In this document: piece after piece, positions 28,101-43,100 of the stretch
How the letters are laid out: every line of letters starts with the position of its first letter
Numbering within the stretch: the stretch's first letter is position 1
Notes under the pieces: model-generated
Databases searched by the model: none
What the model was told of the DNA's origin: nothing
The model's input: only the letters and a program-made list of their open reading frames with translations
Program-made: the position numbers and the translations under genes
Assembly (NCBI RefSeq): GCF_009914755.1
Contig: NC_060940.1
Strand: one strand, 5' to 3'
Source: the human T2T-CHM13v2.0 reference genome, Homo sapiens
DNA: 64,000 nucleotides

Positions 28101-31100
28101 CTCGATTCCATTCGATGACTCCAGTTGATCCCATTCGATGATTTCCTTTGATTCCCTTTGATGATCATTCCATTTGATTCAATTCGGTGATTTCATTTGA
28201 TTCCATTCAGTGATGTTTCCATTCGACTCCATTCGATGATGATTCCATTCGACTCCATTCGATTATGATTTCATTCAATTCCATTCGATAATGATTCCCT
28301 TCGAGTCCATTCGATGATTCCATTCGATTCCATTCAACGATGATTTGATTCGTGTCCATTCGATGATTCCATTTGATTCCACTTGATGATGATTCCATTC
28401 GAGTCCATTTGATGATTCCATTCAATTCCATTCTCCGATGATTTCTTTTGAGCCCATTCAATGCTTCCACTCGATTCCATATGATGATGACTCCATTCGA
28501 TGAAATTCGATGATGATTCCATTCGCTTGCATTCGATGATGATTCCACTTGAGTCCATTAGAAGATTCTATTCAATTACATTCCATGACGATTCCGTTCG
28601 AGTCCATTTGATGATTCCATTAGACTCCATTCGACGATGATTCCATTCGATGTTATTCGATGATTCCATTCGATCTCATTCGATGATGATTCCATTCAAC
28701 TCCATTCGATGTTTCCATTCGAGTTCATTCTATTATTCCATTAGATTCCATTCGATGATGATTCCATTCGATTCCATTTGATGATTGCATTCTATTTCAT
28801 TTGATGATGATTCCATTCGAGTCCACTCGATGATTCCATTCGAGTCCATTTAATGAATCCATTGGTTTCAATTCTATGATGATTACATTGGATTCCATTC
28901 GTTGATGATTTCATTCGGTTCCATTCAATGATGATTCCATTCAATTCCTTTCAATGTTTCCATTCAATTCCATACGATGATGATTCCATTTGATTTGATT
29001 CGACAGTGAGCCATTCGATTCAATTCCATGATGATTCTATTTGATTCCATTGGTTGACATTTCCATTCGATTCCATTCGATGATGATTCCCTTTGATTCC
29101 ATTCAAAGATGATTCCATTCTAGCCCATTCAATCATTCCATTCGAATCTATTCAATGATGATTCCATTCATGTCGATTTCGTGATTCCATTTGACTTCAT
29201 TTGATGATGATTCCTTTCAAGTTCATTAGATGATTCCATTCGATTCCATTTGATGATGATCCCATTCGAGTCCATTCAGTGATTCCACTCGTTTCCATTC
29301 CATGATGATTCCATTCCATTCCATGCAATGATTCCATTCGATTCCGTTTGATGATGATTTCATTCGAGTCCATTTGATGATTCCATTTGATTCCATTCGA
29401 TGATGATTCCATTCGAGTCCATTCGATGATTCTATTCGAATCCATTTGATGATTTCTTTTGATTATAGTTGGTGATGATTCCATTGGAGTCCATTCAATG
29501 ATTCCATTCGATTCCAATCGATGGTGATTCCATTAGAGTCCATTTAATGATTCCATTTGATTCCAGTCTCTGATGATTACATTCGAGTCCATACGATGAT
29601 TCCACTCAATTCCATATCATGATGATTCCATTCGATTCCATTCGATGATTCCATTCTATTCTATTCAATGGTGATTCCATTCGAGTACATTAGATGATTC
29701 CATTCGATTCCATTCAGTGATGATTCTATTTGTGTCCCTTAGATGATTCCACATGATTCCATTAGATGATGATACTATTTGAGCCCATCCAATGATTCCC
29801 TTCGATTCCATTCGATGAGGATTCCATTCGATTCAATTCATTGGTGATTCTATTCAATTCAATTCTTTGATTCCATTCCATTCCATTCGACAATGATTCC
29901 ATTCGATTTCTTTCGATGATTCCACTCGATTCCACTTGACATTGATTCCCTTCGATTCCATTCAATGATTCCATTTGATTCCAGTGGATGATGATTGCCA
30001 TCGATTCCATTTGATCACTCCATTCTATTCCACTTGATGATGATTACATTCGATTCCATTTGACGATTCCATCTGATTCTATTCGAGGATTCCATTTGAT
30101 TCCATTCGATGATGATTCCATTCGAGTCCATTCGATGATATCATTCGAGTACATCCAATGATTCCATTCGAGTCCATTTGATGATTCCATTTGATTCCAT
30201 TTGATAATGATTCTACTAGAGTCCATTCAATGACTCCATTGGAGTCCATTCAACAATTCCATTCGACTCCATTTGATGATTCCATTGGATTCCATTTGAT
30301 GATTCCATTCGAGTCCATTTAATCATTACAGTCGAGTCCATTTGGTGATTCCACCGGATTTCTTTTGATAATGATACCATTCAATTACATTTGATGATGA
30401 TCCCATTCAATTTCATTTGATGATGATTCCATTAGAGTCCATTCGATGATTTCATTCGAGTCCCTTCATTGATTCCATCCGATTTCATTGGATGATGACT
30501 CCATTCGAGTCCATTCGATGATTCCACTCGATTCCATTAGATGGTTCCATTGGAGTCCATTTGATTGTTCCATTCGATTCCATTCGATTCCTTTCGAAGA
30601 TTATTCCATTTGAGTCCATTCGATGATGATTCCATTCCATTCCATTCGATGATTCCGTTTGATTCCATTTGATGATTCCCTTCGATTCCTTTCTTTGATG
30701 ATTCCATTCCATTCCATTCAATGATTCCATTCGAATCTATTCCATGATGATTCCTTTCGATTCCATTCGCTGATGTTTCCGTTCAATTCCATTCGATGAT
30801 GATTCCATTCGATTCCATTCATTGAGGATTCCATTTGATTCCATTCAATGATGATTCCGTTCTATTCCATTCAATGATTGCATTCAATTCCATTAAGTGA
30901 TTATCCCCTTAGAGTAAACTCAACGATTCCATTCAATACCATTCGATGATGATTCCTTTTGAGTCCATTCAATGATTTCATTCAAGTCCATTTGATGATT
31001 CCTTTGAATTCCATTCTATGATGATTCCATTCGAGTCCATTCGATGATTCCATTCGATTGCATTCGATGATTCCATTATATTCCAGTCAACGATGATTCC

Positions 31101-34100
31101 ATTCGAGTCCATTCGATGATTCCATTAGAGTACATTTAATGATTGCTTTGTTTTCAATTCGAAGATGATTACATTGGATTCCATTCTATGATACCATTCG
31201 ATTCCATTCAATGATGATTCCACTCAAATCCATTGGATGATTCCATTCGTGTCCATTCGGTGATTTCATTAGATTCCATTCGAGGATGATTCCATTCGAT
31301 TCCATTCGATGATTCCATTCAATTCCGTTCGAGGATGATTCCATTCCAGTCCATATGATCATTCCATTTGATTTCATTCGATGATGATTCCATTCGATTC
31401 CATTCGATGATTCCATTCTATTCCATTCGATGATGATTCCATTCGAGTCCATTCGATGATTCCATTCGAGTCCATTTAATGATTCCATTGGGTTCAATTC
31501 AATGATGATTACATTGGATTCCGTTCTATGATTCCATTCAATTCCGTTCATTGACAATTTGATTCCATTCGATGATGATTCCATTTGAGTTCATTCGATG
31601 ATTCTATTCGATTCTCTTCGATGGTGATTCAATTCTATTATATTGGATGATTCCATTCGATTCCATTTGATGTTGATTCAATTCGATTCTATTCGATGAT
31701 GATTCCATTGGATTTCACTTGATGATTCTATTCGATTCCATTCAATGATGATTCACTTCTCGTCCATTGGATGATTCCATTTCATTCCATTCGATGATGA
31801 TTCCATTCGATTCCATTCGATGATTCCATTTGATTCCATGCGTCGGTGAGCAATTCGATTCAATTCCATGATGATTCTATTTGATTCAATTAGATGATGT
31901 TTCCATTCGAATCCATTCCATGATTATTCCATTGGAATCCATTCGGCGATGATTCCATATGAGTCAATTCAATGATGATTCCATATGGGTCCGTTCGATG
32001 ATAATTCCATTTGATTTCATTCGGTGCTTCTATTCAATTCCAGTCGATGATGATTCCGTTGGAGTCCATACGATGATTCCATTTGATTTCATTTGATGAT
32101 GATTCCATTCGATGATGATTACATTGGATTCCATTCTATGATTCCATTCAATTCCATTCGTTGATGATTCGATTCCATTCAATGATGATTCCATTTGAGT
32201 TCATTCGATGATTCTATTCGATTCCGTTCGATGGTGATTCAATTCTCTTATATTGGATGAATCCACTCGATTCCATTTGATGATTATTCCATTGGAGTCC
32301 ACTTAGTGAATCCTTCAGATTCTACTCGAAGATGATTCCATTCAAGTCCATTCGATGATACCATTCAATTCCATTCGTTGATGCTTCCATTCAAGTGCAT
32401 TCGATGATATCATTCGATTCCATTTGATGATAATTCCATTTGATTCCGTGCGATGATTCTATTCGATTCCATTCAATGATAATTCCATTCAGTTCAGTGA
32501 TTCCTCTGGACTCCATTTGATGATGATTCCATTCAATGATTCCATTCGATTCTATTCGAAAGTGATTCCATTTGAATCCATTTGATGATGATTCCATTAG
32601 ATTCCATTTGATGATTCCATTCGATTCCATGCGACGATGATTCCATTCGATTCCATGTGATGATTCCATTCTATTCTATTCGATGATGATTCCATTCGAT
32701 TCCATTCGATGATGATTGGATTCGATTCCATTTGATGATATCATTTGATTCCATTCGTTAATGATTTCGATCAATTCCATTCGATGATTCCATTCGATTC
32801 CATTCGATAATGATTACATCCGTGTCCATTCAGTGATTCCATTTGAGCCTGTTCGATAATTCCATTTGAGTCCAACCAATGATTCCATTCATTTCCATTC
32901 AATGATTCCATTCGAGTCCATTTGATCATTCCGGTAGGGTCCATTCGATGTTGATTCCATTGGAGTGCATTCGATGATTCCATTCGAGTCCATTTTACGA
33001 TTTGATTCGAGTCCTTTCGATGATTCCATTCGATTCCACTCGATGATGATTTCATTCGAGTCCATTCGACACTTCCAATCGATTCCATTTGATGTTTCCA
33101 TTCGATTCCAATTGATGATTCCATTCAATTCCATTCGATGATGATTCCGTAGGATTCCATTCTGTGATGATTCCATGTGATTGCATTCAATGATGATTCC
33201 TTTAGATTGCATTCGATTGTGATTCATTTCGTCTTCATTCTATGGTTCCACAGGTTTCCATTCGTGTCCATTCCATTATTCCATTCTATTCCATTTGATG
33301 ATGATTCCATTCGATTCCATTCATTGGTGATTCCACTCAATTCCATTCAATGATTCCATTCCATTTCTTTCAACAATGATTCCATTAGTTTCTAATCGAT
33401 GATCCACTTGATTCCATTTGACGACGATTCCATTCTTGTCCATTCGATGGTTCCATTTGATTCCATATGATGATGATTCCATTCGATTCCATACGATGAT
33501 GATTCCATTCGAGTCCATTCAATGGTGATTCCATTCAATTCCATTCGATGATTCCTTTCGATTCCATTCGATGATGATGGCATTCGATTCCTTTCAATCA
33601 TTCCCTTTGATTCCATTCAAAGGTGATTTCATTCAAGTCCATTCGATAATTGCATTCGATTCCATTCTATGATGATTCCATTCGAGTCCATTTGATGATT
33701 CCATTCAATTCAAGTCAATGATGATTCCATTCGATTCCATTCGATGATTCCATTGGATTCCATTCGATGATGATTCCATTCAAATCCATTCGATAATTCA
33801 ATTCAAGTCCATTCGATGATGATTAAAATCGAATCCATTCAAAGATTCCATTCAGTTCCATTCGATGATTCCCTTAGATTCCATTCGATGATTCCACTTG
33901 ATTTCATTTACGATGATTCCATTCGATTCCATGTGATGATTCCATTCAATTCTATTCAATGCTGTTTCCATTTGATTCCATTCGACCATGATTGCCTTTG
34001 ATTCCATTCAATGACTCCATTCGGTTCCTTTTGATGATGATTCCGTTCGATTCCATTTCATTATTCCATTTGATTCCATTGGATGAGTCCATTCGATTAC

Positions 34101-37100
34101 ATTCGATGATTATTACATTCGAGTGCATTAGATGATTCCATTCGAGTCCATTCGATGATTCCATTCGATTCCATTCGATGTTGATTCTGTTCAAATCCAT
34201 TCGATGATTCCACTCGATTCCATTCGATGACTCCAGTTGATCCCATTCGATGATTTCCTTTGATTCCCTTTGATGATCATTCCATTTGATTCAATTCGGT
34301 GATTTCATTTGATTCCATTCAGTGATGTTTCCATTCGACTCCATTCGATGATGATTCCATTCGACTCCATTCGATTATGATTTCATTCAATTCCATTCGA
34401 TAATGATTCCCTTCGAGTCCATTCGATGATTCCATTCGATTCCATTCAACGATGATTTGATTCGTGTCCATTCGATGATTCCATTTGATTCCACTTGATG
34501 ATGATTCCATTCGAGTCCATTTGATGATTCCATTCAATTCCATTCTCCGATGATTTCTTTTGAGCCCACTCAATGCTTCCACTCGATTCCATATGATGAT
34601 GACTCCATTCGATGAAATTCGATGATGATTCCATTCGCTTGCATTCGATGATGATTCCACTTGAGTCCATTAGAAGATTCTATTCAATTACATTCCATGA
34701 CGATTCCGTTCGAGTCCATTTGATGATTCCATTAGACTCCATTCGACGATGATTCCATTCGATGTTATTCGATGATTCCATTCGATCTCATTCGATGATG
34801 ATTCCATTCAACTCCATTCGATGTTTCCATTCGAGTTCATTCTATTATTCCATTAGATTCCATTCGATGATGATTCCATTCGATTCCATTTGATGATTGC
34901 ATTCTATTTCATTTGATGATGATTCCATTCGAGTCCACTCGATGATTCCATTCGAGTCCATTTAATGAATCCATTGGTTTCAATTCTATGATGATTACAT
35001 TGGATTCCATTCGTTGATGATTTCATTCGGTTCCATTCAATGATGATTCCATTCAATTCCTTTCAATGTTTCCATTCAATTCCATACGATGATGATTCCA
35101 TTTGATTTGATTCGACAGTGAGCCATTCGATTCAATTCCATGATGATTCTATTTGATTCCATTGGTTGACATTTCCATTCGATTCCATTCGATGATGATT
35201 CCCTTTGATTCCATTCAAAGATGATTCCATTCTAGCCCATTCAATCATTCCATTCGATTCTATTCAATGATGATTCCATTCATGTCGATTTGGTGATTCC
35301 ATTTGACTTCATTTGATGATGATTCCTTTCAAGTTCATTAGATGATTCCATTCGATTCCATTTGATGATGATCCCATTCGAGTCCATTCAGTGATTCCAC
35401 TCGTTTCCATTCCATGATGATTCCATTCCATTCCATGCAATGATTCCATTCGATTCCGTTTGATGATGATTTCATTCGAGTCCATTTGATGATTCCATTT
35501 GATTCCATTCGATGATGATTCCATTCGAGTCCATTCGATGATTCTATTCGAATCCATTTGATGATTTCTTTTGATTATATTTGGTGATGATTCCATTGGA
35601 GTCCATTCAATGATTCCATTCGATTCCAATCGATGGTGATTCCATTAGAGTCCATTTAATGATTCCATTTGATTCCAGTCTCTGATGATTACATTCGAGT
35701 CCATACGATGATTCCACTCAATTCCATATGATGATGATTCCATTCGATTCCATTCGATGATTCCATTCTATTCTATTCAATGGTGATTCCATTCGAGTAC
35801 ATTAGATGATTCCATTCGATTCCATTCAATGATGATTCTATTTGTGTCCCTTAGATGATTCCACATGATTCCATTAGATGATGATACTATTTGAGCCCAT
35901 CCAATGATTCCCTTCGATTCCATTCGATGAGGATTCCATTCGATTCAATTCATTGGTGATTCTATTCAATTCAATTCTTTGATTCCATTCCATTCCATTC
36001 GACAATGATTCCATTCGATTTCTTTCGATGATTCCACTCGATTCCACTTGACATTGATTCCCTTCGATTCCATTCAATGATTCCATTTGATTCCAGTGGA
36101 TGATGATTGCCATCGATTCCATTTGATCACTCCATTCTATTCCACTTGATGATGATTACATTCGATTCCATTTGACGATTCCATCTGATTCTATTCGAGG
36201 ATTCCATTTGATTCCATTCGATGATGATTCCATTCGAGTCCATTCGATGATATCATTCGAGTACATCCAATGATTCCATTCGAGTCCATTTGATGATTCC
36301 ATTTGATTCCATTTGATAATGATTCTACTAGAGTCCATTCAATGACTCCATTGGAGTCCATTCAACAATTCCATTCGACTCCATTTGATGATTCCATTGG
36401 ATTCCATTTGATGATTCCATTCGAGTCCATTTAATCATTACAATCGAGTCCATTTGGTGATTCCACCGGCTTTCTTTTGATAATGATACCATTCAATTAC
36501 ATTTGATGATGATCCCATTCAATTTCATTTGATGATGATTCCATTAGAGTCCATTCGATGATTTCATTCGAGTCCCTTCATTGATTCCATCCGATTTCAT
36601 TGGATGATGACTCCATTCGAGTCCATTCGATGATTCCACTCGATTCCATTAGATGATTCCATTGGAGTCCATTTGATTGTTCCATTCGATTCCATTCGAT
36701 TCCTTTCGAAGATTATTCCATTTGAGTCCATTCGATGATGATTCCATTCCATTCCATTCGATGATTCCGTTTGATTCCATTCGATGATTCCCTTCCATTC
36801 CTTTCTTTGATGATTCCATTCCATTCCATTCAATGATTCCATTCGAATCTATTCCATGATGATTCCTTTCGATTCCATTCGCTGATGTTTCCGTTCAATT
36901 CCATTCGATGATGATTCCATTCGATTCCATTCATTGAGGATTCCATTTGATTCCATTCAATGATGATTCCGTTCTATTCCATTCAATGATTGCATTCAAT
37001 TCCATTCAGTGATTATCCCCTTAGAGTAAACTCAACGATTCCATTCAATACCATTCGATGATGATTCCTTTTGAGTCCATTCAATGATTTCATTCAAGTC

Positions 37101-40100
37101 CATTTGATGATTCCTTTCAATTCCATTCTATGATGATTCCATTCGAGTCCATTCGATGATTCCATTCGATTGCATTCGATTATTCCATTATATTCCAGTC
37201 AACGATGATTCCATTCGAGTCCATTCGATGATTCCATTAGAGTACATTTAATGATTGCTTTGTTTTCAATTCGAAGATGATTACATTGGATTCCATTCTA
37301 TGATACCATTCGATTCCATTCAATGATGATTCCACTCAAATCCATTGGATGATTCCATTCGTGTCCATTCGGTGATTTCATTAGATTCCATTCGAGGATG
37401 ATTCCATTCGATTCCATTCGATGATTCCATTCAATTCCATTCGAGGATGATTCCATTCCAGTCCATATGATCATTCCATTTGATTTCATTCGATGATGAT
37501 TCCATTCGATTCCATTCGATGATTCCATTCTATTCCATTCGATGATGATTCCATTCGAGTCCATTCGATGATTCCATTCGAGTCCATTTAATGATTCCAT
37601 TGGGTTCAATTCAATGATGATTACATTGGATTCCGTTCTATGATTCCATTCAATTCCGTTCATTGACAATTTGATTCCATTCGATGATGATTCCATTTGA
37701 GTTCATTCGATGATTCTATTCGATTCTCTTCGATGGTGATTCAATTCTATTATATTGGATGATTCCATTCGATTCCATTTGATGTTGATTCAATTCGATT
37801 CTATTCGATGATGATTCCATTGGATTTCACTTGATGATTCTATTCGATTCCATTCAATGATGATTCACTTCTCGTCCATTGGATGATTCCATTTCATTCC
37901 ATTCGATGATGATTCCATTCGATTCCATTCGATGATTCCATTTGATTCCATGCGTCGGTGAGCAATTCGATTCAATTCCATGATGATTCTATTTGATTCA
38001 ATTAGATGATGTTTCCATTCGAATCCATTCCATGATTATTCCATTGGAATCCATTCGGCGATGATTCCATATGAGTCAATTCAATGATGATTCCATATGG
38101 GTCCGTTCGATGATAATTCCATTTGATTTCATTCGGTGCTTCTATTCAATTCCAGTCGATGATGATTCCGTTGGAGTCCATACGATGATTCCATTTGATT
38201 TCATTTGATGATGATTCCATTCGATGATGATTACATTGGATTCCATTCTATGATTCCATTCAATTCCATTCGTTGATGATTCGATTCCATTCAATGATGA
38301 TTCCATTTGAGTTCATTCGATGATTCTATTCGATTCCGTTCGATGGTGATTCAATTCTCTTATATTGGATGAATCCACTCGATTCCATTTGATGATTATT
38401 CCATTGGAGTCCACTTAGTGAATCCTTCAGATTCTACTCGAAGATGATTCCATTCAAGTCCATTCGATGATACCATTCAATTCCATTCGTTGATGCTTCC
38501 ATTCAAGTGCATTCGATGATATCATTCGATTCCATTTGATGATAATTCCATTTGATTCCATGCGATGATTCTATTCGATTCCATTCAATGATAATTCCAT
38601 TCAGTTCAGTGATTCCTCTGGACTCCATTTGATGATGATTCCATTCAATGATTCCATTCGATTCTATTCGAAAGTGATTCCATTTGAATCCATTTGATGA
38701 TGATTCCATTAGATTCCATTTGATGATTCCATTCGATTCCATTTGACGATGATTCCATTCGATTCCATGTGATGATTCCATTCTATTCTATTCGATGATG
38801 ATTCCATTCGATTCCATTCGATGATGATTGGATTCGATTCCATTTGATGATTTCATTTGATTCCATTCGTTAATGATTTCGATCAATTCCATTCGATGAT
38901 TTCATTCGATTCCATTCGATAATGATTACATCCGTGTCCATTCAGTGATTCCATTTGAGCCTGTTCGATAATTCCATTTGAGTCCAACCAATGATTCCAT
39001 TCATTTCCCTTCCATGATTCCATTCGAGTCCATTTGATCATTCCGGTAGGGTCCATTCGATGTTGATTCCATTGGAGTGCATTCGATGATTCCATTCGAG
39101 TCCATTTTATGATTTGATTCGAGTTCTTTCGATGATTCCATTCGATTCCACTCGATGATGATTTCATTCGAGTCCATTCGACACTTCCAATCGATTCCAT
39201 TTGATGTTTCCATTCGAGTCCAATTGATGATTCCATTCAATTCCATTCGATGATGATTCCGTACGATTCCATTCTGTGATGATTCCATGTGATTGCATTC
39301 AATGATGATTCCTTTAGATTGCATTCGATTGTGATTCATTTCGTCTTCATTCTATGGTTCCACAGGTTTCCATTCGTGTCCATTCCATTATTCCATTCTA
39401 TTCCATTTGATGATGATTCCATTCGATTCCATTCATTGGTGATTCCACTCAATTCCATTCAATGATTCCATTCCATTTCTTTCAACAATGATTCCATTAG
39501 TTTCTAATCGATGATCCACTTGATTCCATTTGACGACGATTCCATTCTTGTCCATTCGATGATTCCATTTGATTCCATATGATGATGATTCCATTCGATT
39601 CCATACGATGATGATTCCATTCGAGTCCATTCAATGGTGATTCCATTCAATTCCATTCGATGATTCCTTTCGATTCCATTCGATGATGATGGCATTCGAT
39701 TCCTTTCAATCATTCCCTTTGATTCCATTCAAAGGTGATTTCATTCAAGTCCATTCGATAATTGCATTCGATTCCATTCTATGATGATTCCATTCGAGTC
39801 CATTTGATGATTCCATTCAATTCAAGTCAATGATGATTCCATTCGATTCCATTCGATGATTCCATTGGATTCCATTCGATGATGATTCCATTCAAATCCA
39901 TTCGATAATTCAATTCAAGTCCATTCGATGATGATTAAAATCGAATCCATTCAAAGATTCCATTCAGTTCCATTCGATGATTCCCTTAGATTCCATTCGA
40001 TGATTCCACTTGATTTCATTTACGATGATTCCATTCGATTCCATGTGATGATTCCATTCAATTCTATTCAATGCTGTTTCCATTTCTTTCCATTCGACCA

Positions 40101-43100
40101 TGATTGCCTTTGATTCCATTCAATGACTCCATTCGGTTCCTTTTGATGATGATTCCGTTCGATTCCATTTCATTATTCCATTTGATTCCATTGGATGAGT
40201 CCATTCGATTACATTCGATGATTATTCCATTCGAGTGCATTAGATGATTCCATTCGAGTCCATTCGATGATTCCATTCGATTCCATTCGATGTTGATTCT
40301 GTTCAAATCCATTCGATGATTCCACTCGATTCCATTCGATGACTCCAGTTGATCCCATTCGATGATTTCCTTTGATTCCCTTTGATGATCATTCCATTTG
40401 ATTCAATTCGGTGATTTCATTTGATTCCATTCAGTGATGTTTCCATTCGACTCCATTCGATGATGATTCCATTCGACTCCATTCGATGATGATTCCATTC
40501 GACTCCATTCGATTATGATTTCATTCAATTCCATTCGATAATGATTCCCTTCGAGTCCATTCGATGATTCCATTCGATTCCATTCAACGATGATTTGATT
40601 CGTGTCCATTCGATGATTCCATTTGATTCCACTTGATGATGATTCCATTCGAGTCCATTTGATGATTCCATTCAATTCCATTCTCCGATGATTTCTTTTG
40701 AGCCCACTCAATGCTTCCACTCGATTCCATATGATGATGACTCCATTCGATGAAATTCGATGATGATTCCATTCGCTTGCATTCGATGATGATTCCACTT
40801 GAGTCCATTAGAAGATTCTATTCAATTACATTCCATGACGATTCCGTTCGAGTCCATTTGATGATTCCATTAGACTCCATTCGACGATGATTCCATTCGA
40901 TGTTATTCGATGATTCCATTCGATCTCATTCGATGATGATTCCATTCAACTCCATTCGATGTTTCCATTCGAGTTCATTCTATTATTCCATTAGATTCCA
41001 TTCGATGATGATTCCATTCGATTCCATTTGATGATTGCATTCTATTTCATTTGATGATGATTCCATTCGAGTCCACTCGATGATTCCATTCGAGTCCATT
41101 TAATGAATCCATTGGTTTCAATTCTATGATGATTACATTGGATTCCATTCGTTGATGATTTCATTCGGTTCCATTCAATGATGATTCCATTCAATTCCTT
41201 TCAATGTTTCCATTCAATTCCATACGATGATGATTCCATTTGATTTGATTCGACAGTGAGCCATTCGATTCAATTCCATGATGATTCTATTTGATTCCAT
41301 TGGTTGACATTTCCATTCGATTCCATTCGATGATGATTCCCTTTGATTCCATTCAAAGATGATTCCATTCTAGCCCATTCAATCATTCCATTCGATTCTA
41401 TTCAATGATGATTCCATTCATGTCGATTTGGTGATTCCATTTGACTTCATTTGATGATGATTCCTTTCAAGTTCATTAGATGATTCCATTCGATTCCATT
41501 TGATGATGATCCCATTCGAGTCCATTCAGTGATTCCACTCGTTTCCATTCCATGATGATTCCATTCCATTCCATTCAATGATTCCATTCGATTCCGTTTG
41601 ATGATGATTTCATTCGAGTCCATTTGATGATTCCATTTGATTCCATTCGATGATGATTCCATTCGAGTCCATTCGATGATTCTATTCGAATCCATTTGAT
41701 GATTTCTTTTGATTATATTTGGTGATGATTCCATTGGAGTCCATTCAATGATTCCATTCGATTCCAATCGATGGTGATTCCATTAGAGTCCATTTAATGA
41801 TTCCATTTGATTCCAGTCTCTGATGATTACATTCGAGTCCATACGATGATTCCACTCAATTCCATATCATGATGATTCCATTCGATTCCATTCGATGATT
41901 CCATTCTATTCTATTCAATGGTGATTCCATTCGAGTACATTAGATGATTCCATTCGATTCCATTCAATGATGATTCTATTTGTGTCCCTTAGATGATTCC
42001 ACATGATTCCATTAGATGATGATACTATTTGAGCCCATCCAATGATTCCCTTCGATTCCATTCGATGAGGATTCCATTCGATTCAATTCATTGGTGATTC
42101 TATTCAATTCAATTCTTTGATTCCATTCCATTCCATTCGACAATGATTCCATTCGATTTCTTTCGATGATTCCACTCGATTCCACTTGACATTGATTCCC
42201 TTCGATTCCATTCAATGATTCCATTTGATTCCAGTGGATGATGATTGCCATCGATTCCATTTGATCACTCCATTCTATTCCACTTGATGATGATTACATT
42301 CGATTCCATTTGACGATTCCATCTGATTCTATTCGAGGATTCCATTTGATTCCATTCGATGATGATTCCATTCGAGTCCATTCGATGATATCATTCGAGT
42401 ACATCCAATGATTCCATTCGAGTCCATTTGATGATTCCATTTGATTCCATTTGATAATGATTCTACTAGAGTCCATTCAATGACTCCATTGGAGTCCATT
42501 CAACAATTCCATTCGACTCCATTTGATGATTCCATTGGATTCCATTTGATGATTCCATTCGAGTCCATTTAATCATTACAATCGAGTCCATTTGGTGATT
42601 CCACCGGCTTTCTTTTGATAATGATATCATTCAATTACATTTAATGATGATCCCATTCAATTTCATTTGATGATGATTCCATTAGAGTCCATTCGATGAT
42701 TTCATTCGAGTCCCTTCATTGATTCCATCCGATTTCATTGGATGATGACTCCATTCGAGTCCATTCGATGATTCCACTCGATTCCATTAGATGATTCCAT
42801 TGGAGTCCATTTGATTGTTCCATTCGATTCCATTCGATTCCTTTCGAAGATTATTCCATTTGAGTCCATTCGATGATGATTCCATTCCATTCCATTCGAT
42901 GATTCCGTTTGATTCCATTCGATGATTCCCTTCGATTCCTTTCTTTGATGATTCCATTCCATTCCATTCAATGATTCCATTCGAATCTATTCCATGATGA
43001 TTCCTTTCGATTCCATTCGCTGATGTTTCCGTTCAATTCCATTCGATGATGATTCCATTCGATTCCATTCATTGAGGATTCCATTTGATTCCATTCAATG

